Shown here piece after piece: positions 30,821 through 40,393 of a stretch of DNA of 64,000 nt. The stretch comes from Mycobacteriales bacterium (GTDB lineage: Bacteria; Actinomycetota; Actinomycetes; JAFAQI01): contig DASZOU010000037.1 in NCBI GenBank assembly GCA_035550655.1, positions 19,159 to 83,158 on the forward strand, in the 5' to 3' direction. The notes beneath the pieces are model-generated. The model saw only the letters and a list, made by a program, of their open reading frames with translations, searched no databases and was not told the origin of the DNA. The position numbers were made by a program, and so were the translations under genes. The first letter of the stretch is position 1. Every line of letters begins with the position of its first letter.

Positions 30821-31914
30821 TTACAGGCCGTTGGTGAGGGCGGCGTTGCCGGCGTTGACCAGCGGCGCGATTCGCACCGCCATCTCGACGAACCCGTCGC
30901 CGATCATCGCGCCGGCGAGCCCGCGCGCCGCCACACCAGCGATGATCGCTGCGAGCTTGAAGCACGCGAACGCGACGTACCACGGCATCTCGCTGAGGTC
31001 ACGACCGCTGCTCTTCGCGTAGCGGTCGAGCAGCTCGCGCCGAGTCGGGAACCCCGGCAGCGTCGTGACCGTCGGCAGCACGCCCGCCGTCAGCTCGCTG
31101 GTCTCGTCGCCGGCGTCCTGCCAGTAGATGTAGAACATGCCGAGGTCGGCGAGCGGGTCGCCGAGGGTCGACAGCTCCCAGTCGAGGACCGCAGCGATCC
31201 GGCCCGGCGTGGTCGGGTCGAGCATCACGTTGTCCATGCGGTAGTCGCCGTGCACGATCGGGCCTGTCGGGGCCGCCGGAACCCTTGCCGTCAGCCGCTC
31301 GGCGAGCCGGTCGAGGTCGCTGCCATCTCCTTGGAGCGCGTCACGCGTCGCCTGCCACTGCGTCGTCCAGCGCCGGATCTGGCGCTCGAGATAGCCGTCG
31401 GGCTTTCCGTAGTCACCGAGACCGACCTCTGCCGGCTCCACCGCGTGGAGGTCGGCCATGACATCGATCAACCCGTGCGCGATCGCCAGCCGTTCCTCGG
31501 GTGACTCCGCGTAGCCGTCCGGCAGCGTGTCCCGGACGATGTGGCCGACGACGCGTTCCATCACGTAGAACGGCGCACCGATCACGTCCTCGTCGGTGCA
31601 CATGGCGAGCGTGGGTGGAACCGGCACCGGCGTCGGCCCGAGCGCCGTCATCACGCGGTGCTCACGCCCCATGTCGTGCGCGGTCGGCAGCCGGTTCGAC
31701 AGCGGCGGGCGCCGCAGCACCGCCTCGCCGGCTGCGGAGGTGACACCGAAGGTCAGGTTCGACTTGCCCCCGGAGATGAGCTCGAGCCGGCAGTCACGCC
31801 AGCCGTCGTCACCGAGCTGCTCGGCCAGGTAGCGCCCGACCGCCTCGCGCGGAACGGCCTGCTCGGTCAGGGTGGCAAGATCCGCTTCTGTCACGGGACG
31901 GTACGTTACCGACA
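30821..31914 (-). CDS. phosphotransferase family protein (APH/choline-kinase-like fold)
   Basis: The start is ATG at 31914 or GTG at 31894. [10 protein letters not shown] matches the Brenner motif HGDxxxxN, and the DWE block is also present. Confidence 0.7.
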
Positions 31915-33182
31915 TCCACGCCGACTCACTTCTCGCGCACGACGCCGCGCACGTGTGGCATCCGTACGCCGCGATGCCGGCGAGCCCCGCGCCGTACCTG
32001 GTCGACAGCGCGAGCGGGGTACGCATCCGGCTGCGCGACGGCACCGAGCTGATCGACGGCATGGCGAGCTGGTGGGCTGCGATCCACGGCTACCGGCACC
32101 CGGTCCTCGATGCCGCCGCACATGCCCAGCTCGACCGGATGTCGCACGTGATGTTCGGCGGGCTCACCCACGAGCCCGCGATCAAGCTCTCCGAGGAGCT
32201 CCTCGCGATCGTCCCGGCGCCACTGCGCCGCGTCTTCTTCGCCGACTCGGGATCGGTCGCCGTCGAGGTGGCGATCAAGATGGCATTGCAGTACTGGCAG
32301 GCCTGCGACCGCCCCGCGCGCAACCGGCTGCTCACGATCCGCGGCGGCTACCACGGGGACACGTTCATGGCGATGTCCGTGTGCGACCCGGTCGGCGGCA
32401 TGCATCACCTGTTCACCGGTGCGCTGACCGAGCAGGTGTTCGCGCCGATGCCGCCCGTCGAGGCGGGCGACGAGCAGTGGCGATCGCAGACCGCCGACCT
32501 CGTCGAGCGGCACAGCGACTCGCTCGCCGCCGTCATCGTCGAGCCGGTGGTGCAGGGCGCCGGCGGGATGCGCTTCTACAGCCCTGCGTACGTCGATCAC
32601 CTGCGCGCACTGTGTGACCGGCACGGCTTGTTGCTGATCCTCGACGAGATCGCCACCGGCTTCGGTCGGACCGGCACGATGTTCGCGGCCGAGCACTCCG
32701 CGACCTCCCCCGACATCATGTGCGTCGGCAAGGCGCTCACCGGCGGCTACCTCTCGATGGCAGCCACCTTGTGCACCGATGCCGTCGCCGACGCGATCAG
32801 CTCGGGTCCGGGCGGTGCCTTCATGCACGGCCCGACGTTCATGGCCAACCCGCTCGCAGCGGCGATCGCCGCGGCAAGCCTCGAGCTGCTGCACACCAAC
32901 GACTGGAAGGCGCAGGTCGGGCGCGCCGAGACCGCGCTGAAGGACGGGCTGGCACCGGCGCTGGAGCTCGACGGGGTTGCCGACGTCCGGGTTTGCGGCG
33001 CGATCGGGGTGATCGAGCTGGCCGATGCGGTGGACGTCGACCGCGTGACGAGGCGGGCGATGAGCGAGGGCGTGTGGCTCCGGCCGTTCCGTAACCTCAT
33101 CTACGCCATGCCGCCCTACATCTGCACCGAGGACGACCTCGCCACGATCTGCCGCGCAATGGTCGCCGCCGCCGCAGCATGA
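31872..33182 (+). CDS. bioA: adenosylmethionine-8-amino-7-oxononanoate aminotransferase
   Basis: [17 protein letters not shown] and the PLP-lysine block [11 protein letters not shown] are present. It is followed by bioF and bioD. Its start overlaps the divergent phosphotransferase start. Confidence 0.85.
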   Translation: MARSASVTGRYVTDIHADSLLAHDAAHVWHPYAAMPASPAPYLVDSASGVRIRLRDGTELIDGMASWWAAIHGYRHPVLDAAAHAQLDRMSHVMFGGLTHEPAIKLSEELLAIVPAPLRRVFFADSGSVAVEVAIKMALQYWQACDRPARNRLLTIRGGYHGDTFMAMSVCDPVGGMHHLFTGALTEQVFAPMPPVEAGDEQWRSQTADLVERHSDSLAAVIVEPVVQGAGGMRFYSPAYVDHLRALCDRHGLLLILDEIATGFGRTGTMFAAEHSATSPDIMCVGKALTGGYLSMAATLCTDAVADAISSGPGGAFMHGPTFMANPLAAAIAAASLELLHTNDWKAQVGRAETALKDGLAPALELDGVADVRVCGAIGVIELADAVDVDRVTRRAMSEGVWLRPFRNLIYAMPPYICTEDDLATICRAMVAAAAA

Positions 33183-34312
33183 GCCGCGCGTACGACGAGT
33201 GGCTCGCAGCAGTTGCGCGCCACCGGCAGGCGGAGGGCCTGTCCCGACATCTCACCCATCGGCGCAGCGGTGACCACCTCATCGACGTCGCGAGCAACGA
33301 CTACCTCGGGCTCGCGACCGACCCGCGGGTGCTGACGGCAGCCCAGGAAGCACTCACGGCCTGGGGTGCCGGCTCGACCGGATCCCGGCTGGTGACAGGA
33401 AGCACCGCGCTGCACGAGGAGCTCGAGACCGCGCTGACGTCGTTCGCCGGCGGTGAGGCGGCACTCGTCTTCTCGTCCGGCTACACCGCCAACCTCGGAT
33501 TGATCACCGCCCTCGGCGGATCGGACACGCTGATCGTCTCCGATGCGCACAACCACGCGTCGATCATCGATGCCTGCCGGTTGTCGCGGTCGCGCGTGGT
33601 CGTCAACCCGCATCGCGACCTCGCCGCCGTCGACGTGGCGCTCGCCACGCGTAGCGAGCAACGGGCGCTTGTCGTGGTGGACGCCGTGTTCAGCACCGAC
33701 GGCACAACCGCTGATTTGACCGCGTTGCATGACGTCTGCCGGCGGCGCGATGCGGTGCTGGTCATCGACGAGGCGCACTCGGTGGGGGTGCTCGGGCCGG
33801 GCGGTCGAGGCATCGCGCACGCCGCAGGCATCGCTGACGCACCGGACGTCATCCGCACGGTGACGCTGTCCAAGGCGCTCGGCAGCCAGGGCGGTGCCGT
33901 GCTCGGGTCGGCCGCCGTGATCGACCACCTCATCAACACCGCGCGGACCTTCATCTTCGACACCGGGCTGGCTCCGGCATGCGTTGCAGCTGCGCATACC
34001 GCGATCACCGTGGTTGCCGCTGAGCCGGATCTCGTGTCGAGAGTCGGTCACTGCCGGGATGAGATCGCGACGGCCCTCGATGTCCCGACCCCCGCCGGCG
34101 CAGTGGTCTCGCTGGTGCTCGGCAACCCGGCGCTGACCGTCACGGTCGCTGACGCTTGCCGTGACGCCGGTGTCGTCGTCGGCTGCTTCCGGCCGCCTTC
34201 GGTTCCGCCCGACGGAAGCCGGCTTCGGCTCACCGCGCGGGCGAGCCTCACCGATGTGGAGGTCAAGGAGGCCACATCGGTCGTCCTCGAGGCGATCGAG
34301 CGGCTGCGGTGA
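33179..34312 (+). CDS. bioF: 8-amino-7-oxononanoate synthase
   Basis: [18 protein letters not shown] and [11 protein letters not shown] (PLP lysine) are present. It has a 4-nt overlap with the bioA stop. Confidence 0.85.
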   Translation: MSRAYDEWLAAVARHRQAEGLSRHLTHRRSGDHLIDVASNDYLGLATDPRVLTAAQEALTAWGAGSTGSRLVTGSTALHEELETALTSFAGGEAALVFSSGYTANLGLITALGGSDTLIVSDAHNHASIIDACRLSRSRVVVNPHRDLAAVDVALATRSEQRALVVVDAVFSTDGTTADLTALHDVCRRRDAVLVIDEAHSVGVLGPGGRGIAHAAGIADAPDVIRTVTLSKALGSQGGAVLGSAAVIDHLINTARTFIFDTGLAPACVAAAHTAITVVAAEPDLVSRVGHCRDEIATALDVPTPAGAVVSLVLGNPALTVTVADACRDAGVVVGCFRPPSVPPDGSRLRLTARASLTDVEVKEATSVVLEAIERLR

Positions 34313-35010
34313 AGCGCCTCGTCGTCACCGGGACCGGAACGGAGATCGGCAAGACGATCGTCACCGCCGCCCTCGCGGCTCTTGCGCGAGCAGCTGGGCA
34401 GCGAGTGGCGGTCGTCAAGGCCGCGCAGACCGGGATCGAGCCCGGCGACGAGAGCGACACCGACGTCGTCACCCGACTGTCCGGGGTCGACGACGTGCAC
34501 GAGCTGGTGAGGTATCCGGCCCCGCTTGCACCGGCGAGTGCGGCCCGTCTGGTCGGCATCCCAGCGACGCCGGTGGCCGAGCTGGCTCGCCGTACGGCGG
34601 CGATCACCGGCCGCGACCTGGTCCTGATCGAAGGCGCGGGTGGTTTGCTCGTCCGGTTCGACGCGGACGGCGCGACGATGGCAGACCTCGCGGCGGACCT
34701 CGGCGCCGAGGTGCTGGTCGTCGCTCCCGCCGGCCTCGGGACCCTCAACTCGACGGCGCTCACCTGCCGGGAGCTGCGGCGGCGCTCCCTCACGTGCGCG
34801 GGAGTCGTCGTCGGCTCCTGGCCCGCAGCTCCCGACCTGGCATCGCGTACGAACCTCGACGACCTGCCGTCGTACGCCGAAGCGCCACTGCTCGGCGTGC
34901 TACCCGCGGGCCTCGGGACCGTCGACCGGCGGACCTTTCTCGAAGCTGCCCGCGCCGGGCTCGCCCCCGAGCTGGGCGGCGGGTGGCACCGCCCCGCGAC
35001 ACCTATGTGA
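34309..35010 (+). CDS. bioD: dethiobiotin synthetase
   Basis: GTG start overlapping the bioF stop. P-loop VTGTGTEIGKT and IEGAGG are present. The TGA stop lies inside the first ATGTGACAT repeat unit. Confidence 0.85.
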   Translation: MKRLVVTGTGTEIGKTIVTAALAALARAAGQRVAVVKAAQTGIEPGDESDTDVVTRLSGVDDVHELVRYPAPLAPASAARLVGIPATPVAELARRTAAITGRDLVLIEGAGGLLVRFDADGATMADLAADLGAEVLVVAPAGLGTLNSTALTCRELRRRSLTCAGVVVGSWPAAPDLASRTNLDDLPSYAEAPLLGVLPAGLGTVDRRTFLEAARAGLAPELGGGWHRPATPM

Positions 35011-35095
35011 CATACGGGTCGTGAATCGCGACACCTGTGTGACATACGGGCGGCTTTTCACAACACCTATGTGACATGCGATCAGCCTCTTGCGT
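34995..35095. repeat. structured intergenic repeat, copy 2 (inverted relative to copy 1)
   Basis: ATGTGACAT-type units sit at 35005, 35037 (GTGTGACAT) and 35068, with a 31-32 bp period. GTCGTGAATCGCGAC lies between units. The end GCGATCAGCCTC is the reverse complement of the GAGGCTGATCGC end of copy 1 and contains the stop codon of the convergent thioesterase gene. Confidence 0.8.
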
Positions 35096-35606
35096 CGTTC
35101 GGCGGAGCGCCCGGCTCGTCCGGCGCCTGGTAACGACCAGCCCGCCCCTCCGCCGGCAGTACCACCTGCGTGCATCGGCTGGTGGCCAGCACCTCCCCCG
35201 GGATCTCGCCTCGGTAGAGCTCCGCGGCACAGAACACCACCCGCCGGGTACGGCGCACCACCCAGCCTTTCGCCGACAGCGTGCCGACTTCCGCCGACCG
35301 GAGGAACTCGACCCGCAGGTCCGCGGTGAGGAACGCCTGGTCACGATCGAGCACGGTCCAGCAGGCGCCCCCCATCGCGGCATCGAGCAGTGCGGTCACG
35401 AGTCCGCCCTGCACGATCGGCCCACCCGCGGTGCGGAAGCAGTAGTCAGGCGTCGCGTCCCAAGCGATCGTCGTACCGCCCGGTTCCCACGCGAGGCGTC
35501 GATAGCCGAGCGTCGCCCACAGGTGCGGCGGCGTCGCCCTCGCGTGGTCCCACTGGTCGGCATCGGCGAAGCGCTCGCCGGGTGCGATGCGTGGTGGCTC
35601 GCTCAC
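35082..35606 (-). CDS. PaaI/hotdog-fold thioesterase
   Basis: 174-aa ORF. GGLVTALLDAAMGGA and the downstream hotdog core suggest the 4HBT/PaaI family. Confidence 0.65.
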   Translation of the reverse strand: MSEPPRIAPGERFADADQWDHARATPPHLWATLGYRRLAWEPGGTTIAWDATPDYCFRTAGGPIVQGGLVTALLDAAMGGACWTVLDRDQAFLTADLRVEFLRSAEVGTLSAKGWVVRRTRRVVFCAAELYRGEIPGEVLATSRCTQVVLPAEGRAGRYQAPDEPGAPPNDARG

Positions 35607-36916
35607 CCAGTCGGGATCCCGCTCGCCGGTGCAGTCGCCTCGGCGGTCGTGTACGGCGTGATCGGCCCGGTGCCGTCATCCGTCACGAGCGGCTGACCCT
35701 GCAGGTGGACGGCCAGCCCCTGGATCACGCCCATCTGCACACCCGTCATGCCCGAGTGGTCGCTCGACGAGTACGCGTACGGCGTGAGGTTCGGGCCGCT
35801 GAAGTTGTTCGCCTCGACGGCGGCAACCAGGCTCTCCCGGGTCAGGTTCTGCCCGGCTGCCGCGAGGGCCTCGGTGAAGGTGTACGCCGACGCCATGCCG
35901 TACAGCACGTTGCCGTCGAACGGCAGCTTCGGGATGTACTTGTCGTGGATCTGCTTGAACAGCTTGATCCAGCTGTTGGAGGGCTCCGCCGGGGACGGCA
36001 GGTAGCCGTCGGTGATGATGCCCTGGATCAGGTCCTTGCCGGGCGCCTTCCCCTTCGAGAAGTTCGAGATCAGGCCGGACAGCGTGATCGGGTCGGAGCC
36101 GACGCTGCTGACCACGAGCTGCGGGCTGAAGCCCAGCTGCAGCGACGTGAGCTTGAGCAACGCGGTGAAGGCGGGAACCGTGAACGACACGAGCACCTGG
36201 ACGCCGGCCTTCTGCAGCTTCTGCACCAGCGGGGTGATCTTGATGTTGGTGGGGTCGTACTGCTCGATATCCGCGATTCCGCTTGCCGGGATCTCGTCCT
36301 CGAACCCCTTGATGCCGTTCTGGCCGAAGTCATCGCCCTGCGCGAAGATGCCGATCTTCTTCCCGGGGAAGTTCTTCTTCACGTAGTCGCCGAGGATCTT
36401 GCCCTCGCGCGTGTAGTCCGGGAGCCATCCGAAGGTCTCGGGGTTCTGGCTCGGGTTGTTCCAGCACAGGCAGCCCGAGGCAACGAACAGGTCGGGGACC
36501 TTCTGCTGGTTGATGAAGTTGACCGCCGCCTCGTGCGTCGGAGTACCGAGGCCTTCGAAGATCGCGAAGACGTGCTTCTGCAGGACGAGCTGCTTCACGT
36601 CGGTGCTGGTCTTCGTCGGGTCGTAGGCGTCGTCGAGGTACTTGAACGTGATCTTGCGGCCGTTGATGCCGCCGTGGGCGTTGACCCACTGGAAGTAGGC
36701 GTTCGATGCCGGTGCGATCTCGGAGTAGCCGGGCGCCGCGATACCGGTCAGCGGCTGGTGGCTGCCGATCAGGATCGAGGTGGCGGTGACGCCGGGGGTC
36801 GAGCTCGTCCCGCCGTTGCCGTTGCCTCCGCTGCTGCTGCTGCTTCCTCCGCAAGCCGCAGCCGCGAGCGCGACGACCGCACCCATTGCAAACAGCCGCA
36901 CAGACGCCTTTGTCAT
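35603..36916 (-). CDS. branched-chain amino acid ABC transporter substrate-binding lipoprotein
   Basis: Lipobox LAAAACGG with a Ser/Gly linker. Type-I periplasmic binding fold (LivK/LivJ-like). It heads the livMHFG operon on the minus strand. Confidence 0.8.
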   Translation of the reverse strand: MTKASVRLFAMGAVVALAAAACGGSSSSSGGNGNGGTSSTPGVTATSILIGSHQPLTGIAAPGYSEIAPASNAYFQWVNAHGGINGRKITFKYLDDAYDPTKTSTDVKQLVLQKHVFAIFEGLGTPTHEAAVNFINQQKVPDLFVASGCLCWNNPSQNPETFGWLPDYTREGKILGDYVKKNFPGKKIGIFAQGDDFGQNGIKGFEDEIPASGIADIEQYDPTNIKITPLVQKLQKAGVQVLVSFTVPAFTALLKLTSLQLGFSPQLVVSSVGSDPITLSGLISNFSKGKAPGKDLIQGIITDGYLPSPAEPSNSWIKLFKQIHDKYIPKLPFDGNVLYGMASAYTFTEALAAAGQNLTRESLVAAVEANNFSGPNLTPYAYSSSDHSGMTGVQMGVIQGLAVHLQGQPLVTDDGTGPITPYTTAEATAPASGIPTG

Positions 36917-36949
36917 GTGTCCTCCGATCGACGCAAACCTGGCGGGAAC

Positions 36950-38014
36950 CTAGTCCTGATCCGGTTCACCTGCATAGTTACCGGCGGGTTTCGTTCTCAA
37001 GGTGTTACGAGCGCGCCCGGCGAGCCGGCGCAGCCCGCCCTGGATGCCGAGCGGGAACAGCAGCATGCCGACGATCAGGCCGAGGCCGTACAGCGCGTAC
37101 GGCAGGTTGCTGACCACCTTGTCCGACAGCGACACATGGTTGGCGAGGTCCTGCGACCAGGTGGGCAGCAGGATCACCACGATCGAGCCGTAGACGGCGC
37201 CACTGAGCGTTCCGAGCCCGCCGAACACCGCGGCGGCGAGCAACCCCAGGGAAAGGGTCAGCGGGAAGCTGTCCGGCTCGATGTTGCCGGCTACGTCCGC
37301 CAGCAGGCCGCCGGCGAGACCGGCACACGCGGCACTCACGACGAAGGCGAGGATCTGGATTCGCGCGACCGACATGCCCGCGAGCGATGCGGCGATCTCG
37401 TCGTCGCGGACCGCGCGGAACGCGCGACCGACACGGCTCGCCGAGAGGTTGGCGAGCAGGAACAGCGTGATGACGGCGGCGATGCAGCAGACCCATGCCT
37501 GCCAACGGATGTAGTCGATGCCGTTCGGGCCGAGCGGCGCGTCAACCGAGAAGCCGGCGTGCCCGCCCAGCGGGCCTTGCAGGCGCGAGTACTTCGGCAG
37601 CGTCGGCAGCCCGATCGCGAGTGCGAGGGTGATGCCCGCGAGGTACGGGCCGCGCAACCGCGCCGCCGCGACGCCGACCAGCGCACCCGCGAGGGCTGCG
37701 ACGACGATGGCCGCAAGCAGGATCAGCACGAACTCGCCGTTGTTCGCGCTCGGGTGGTGCTTCAACAGCAGGGCGACGGTGTAGGCGCCGACGAACATGA
37801 AGGCGCCGTTGCCGAGCGAGATCTGCCCGGACAGACCGGTGAGCACGGTGAGTCCCGCGACCGCGCAGACCTCGGTGGCGATCTGGGCGAGCTGGTTGTT
37901 GCGGTACTGCGAGAGCCCGCCCGTCACCGCCAGCAGCAGCCCGAGCCCGGCCACCGCCGGGATACCGTGCCGCAGCAACATGGGCGCACGCCGCCACCCG
38001 CTGACAATCCTCAA
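36950..38014 (-). CDS. livM: branched-chain amino acid ABC transporter permease
   Basis: 354-aa polytopic membrane protein with LTGLSGQISLGNGAFMFVGAY (LivM signature). Confidence 0.8.
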   Translation of the reverse strand: MRIVSGWRRAPMLLRHGIPAVAGLGLLLAVTGGLSQYRNNQLAQIATEVCAVAGLTVLTGLSGQISLGNGAFMFVGAYTVALLLKHHPSANNGEFVLILLAAIVVAALAGALVGVAAARLRGPYLAGITLALAIGLPTLPKYSRLQGPLGGHAGFSVDAPLGPNGIDYIRWQAWVCCIAAVITLFLLANLSASRVGRAFRAVRDDEIAASLAGMSVARIQILAFVVSAACAGLAGGLLADVAGNIEPDSFPLTLSLGLLAAAVFGGLGTLSGAVYGSIVVILLPTWSQDLANHVSLSDKVVSNLPYALYGLGLIVGMLLFPLGIQGGLRRLAGRARNTLRTKPAGNYAGEPDQD

Positions 38015-38895
38015 ACTCTTCGCACCGCCGTCCGGCTGAACAGACCGTTCGGACGGATCATCAGGACGACGAGCAGCAGCACGAACACGTAGAAGAAGTC
38101 GATGTCGTTGCTGACGTAGTTGTCGAGGATCTGCTGGATCACTCCGACGAGCACGCCGCCGGTCACCGCCCCGATCGGAGAGTCCAGTCCACCGACCACG
38201 GCCGCCGTGAAGCCGAAGATGAGCAGCCCGTCAAAGGCGTACGGATTCATGTAGTCCGGCTGGGTTCCGGCGATCAGCACACCGGCGAGAGCACCGACCA
38301 TCGCCGCAAGCCCCCACCCCAGCGTGAGCATCCGCCCGACCCTCACGCCGAGCAGCCGGGCGACTTCCGGGTTGAACGCGCTCGCTCGCATCCGCAGCCC
38401 GAGCGGCGAACGCTGGAAGAGCAGGTAGAGCCCGATCAGAACGACGAACACCGCGACGACGATGAACAGGTAGTCCGCGGAGAACAGGATCACCTGATGC
38501 CCCGCGTGGTAGTAGGTCAGCGAGAACTCCGGCGCGAACGAGCTGACCCCGTTGCCCCAGATCATCCCCGCGACGGACTCGAACACCAGCAGCAAGCCGA
38601 GAGTGACGATGACCGCGTTGAGCGGCGGACCGTTCTCGACCGGGCGAACCAGCAGCCGTTCCACGACGGCACCGATCACGAGGCCGGCGAGCAGCGCCAC
38701 CACGAGGCCGAGCCAGTAGTTCACGCCGTGGCGCTGGACCAGGTCCCACGCGATGAACGTCGTGAACATCAACATCCCGCCCTGCGCGAAGTTCACGATT
38801 CGCGTCGACCGCCAGATCAACACCAGCGCGAGCGCGACGGCGGCGTACAAGGTTCCGTTGGCGATCCCGTAGATAACGAGGTTCAGGAAGGTCAT
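38011..38895 (-). CDS. livH: branched-chain amino acid ABC transporter permease
   Basis: Start trimmed to MTFLNLVIYGIANGTLYAAVALALVLIWR (LivH N-terminal motif). 4-nt overlap with livM. Confidence 0.8.
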   Translation of the reverse strand: MTFLNLVIYGIANGTLYAAVALALVLIWRSTRIVNFAQGGMLMFTTFIAWDLVQRHGVNYWLGLVVALLAGLVIGAVVERLLVRPVENGPPLNAVIVTLGLLLVFESVAGMIWGNGVSSFAPEFSLTYYHAGHQVILFSADYLFIVVAVFVVLIGLYLLFQRSPLGLRMRASAFNPEVARLLGVRVGRMLTLGWGLAAMVGALAGVLIAGTQPDYMNPYAFDGLLIFGFTAAVVGGLDSPIGAVTGGVLVGVIQQILDNYVSNDIDFFYVFVLLLVVLMIRPNGLFSRTAVRRV

Positions 38896-38899
38896 CGGC

Positions 38900-39619
38900 T
38901 CAGAACCCCAGGTAGGCGTGTCGGAGCTTCTCGTCGCCGGCGAGGTCGGCCGCGGCGCCCGAGGCGACAACCCGGCCGAGGTTGAGGATCACCGCGGTGT
39001 CGGCGACCGACAACGCGCTGCGGGCGTTCTGCTCGACCAGTACGACGGTCAGCCCCTCCTCGGCGCTGAGCCGGCGAAGCGTCGCCATGATCTGCGCGGT
39101 GATCCGGGGGGCCAACCCGAGCGAGGGCTCGTCGAGCAGGAGCAGCGTCGGCCGGCTCATCAGCGCGCGGCCGATAGCGAGCATCTGGCGTTCCCCGCCG
39201 GACAGCGTGTCCGCGACCTTGTCGCGCCGCTCGGCCAGCGGCGGGAACATCGCATACACCGAGTCGAGGCCCTTCCCCGTGACCTGGCGACGGTCCGCCC
39301 GCCACAACGCGCCGAGCCGCAGGTTCTCCTCGACCGTGAGCTCCGTGATCACCCCCCGGCCCTCCGGCACATGCGCGATGCCGAACGTCACGATCTGCTC
39401 GACCGCAGCCGCGACCAGGTCGTGACCCGCGAAGCGGATCGAGCCCGAAGCCGGTCGCACCAGGCCGTTGATCGTGCGCAGCAGCGTGGTCTTTCCGGCG
39501 CCGTTCGCGCCCAGGATGGCGGTGATCTCCCCCTCGGGGACGGTCAGGCTCACGCCGGACAGCGCCCGCACCGCGCCGTACATCGTGACGACCTCGTCGA
39601 CGGTGAGTCCGTCAGACAT
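38900..39619 (-). CDS. livF: branched-chain amino acid ABC transporter ATP-binding protein
   Basis: Walker A GANGAGKTT, signature LSGGERQM and Walker B LLLDEP are present. The C-terminus YLGF is typical of LivF. Confidence 0.85.
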   Translation of the reverse strand: MSDGLTVDEVVTMYGAVRALSGVSLTVPEGEITAILGANGAGKTTLLRTINGLVRPASGSIRFAGHDLVAAAVEQIVTFGIAHVPEGRGVITELTVEENLRLGALWRADRRQVTGKGLDSVYAMFPPLAERRDKVADTLSGGERQMLAIGRALMSRPTLLLLDEPSLGLAPRITAQIMATLRRLSAEEGLTVVLVEQNARSALSVADTAVILNLGRVVASGAAADLAGDEKLRHAYLGF

Positions 39620-40373
39620 CGATCTGCTCGCCCAGGTACGCCTCGAGCACCTTCGGGTCGTCGCGGACCTGGTCCGGCGTGCCCGTGGCGATGCAGCGAC
39701 CGAAGTCCAGCACCACGATCCGGTCGCAGACGCTCATCACCAGGTCCATGTGGTGCTCGACGAGCAGTACGGCGGTGCGCTGCTTGAGATCACGAACGAG
39801 TGCTGCGAGCTCCTCCATCTCGTCAGCTGCCAGCCCTGACGCGGGCTCGTCGAGCAGCAGCAGCGCCGGATCCGCCACGAGAGCTCGCGCGAGCGCGATC
39901 CGCTTCTGCACGCCGTACGGCAGCTGAGCTGGGAGCGAGCCGGCCGCGCCCGCCACTCCGAGCTGGTCGAGGGCGGCCATGGCGCGCTCTCTCAACCGGC
40001 GTTCCTCGCGATCGCTGCGGGGCAGCGCGAGCAAGCCGGACCCGAGCCACGACCGGGAGTGGTGGTCGGCGCCGACGAGAACGTTCTCGACGGCGGTCAG
40101 GTGTGGGAACAGCCCCAACCCTTGCAGCGTCCGGGAGATGCCGAGTCCGGCGAGCTGATGCGGCCGGATCCGGCGCAGTGGCTGACCCTTCCATCGCAGC
40201 TCGCCCTGGAGCGGCCGGACGAACCCACAGATGACGTTGAAGAGCGTGGTCTTCCCGGCGCCGTTGGGCCCGATCACCCCGACGACCTCGCCGTCGTCCA
40301 CCGTGGCGGAAACGTCGGCGAGAGCAGTCAGCCCCCCGAACCGCACCGTGACGCGCTCGACGTCGAGCAGCAT
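39612..40373 (-). CDS. livG: branched-chain amino acid ABC transporter ATP-binding protein
   Basis: Walker A GPNGAGKTT and signature LPYGVQKRIA are present. The C-terminus EAYLG is typical of LivG. Confidence 0.85.
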   Translation of the reverse strand: MLLDVERVTVRFGGLTALADVSATVDDGEVVGVIGPNGAGKTTLFNVICGFVRPLQGELRWKGQPLRRIRPHQLAGLGISRTLQGLGLFPHLTAVENVLVGADHHSRSWLGSGLLALPRSDREERRLRERAMAALDQLGVAGAAGSLPAQLPYGVQKRIALARALVADPALLLLDEPASGLAADEMEELAALVRDLKQRTAVLLVEHHMDLVMSVCDRIVVLDFGRCIATGTPDQVRDDPKVLEAYLGEQIDV

Positions 40374-40393
40374 CCCGTCTCGCCTCCCTGGCT

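Noticed and set aside
30783-31022. 79-aa ORF starting inside the AT-rich palindrome
   Set aside because: It begins within the inverted-repeat arm and runs antisense into the phosphotransferase gene. It has no RBS or homology and is judged spurious.
35390-38092. 900-aa plus-strand ORF
   Set aside because: It is the antisense shadow across the liv SBP, livM and livH genes. The Arg/Asp/Gly-rich translation has no domain signal.
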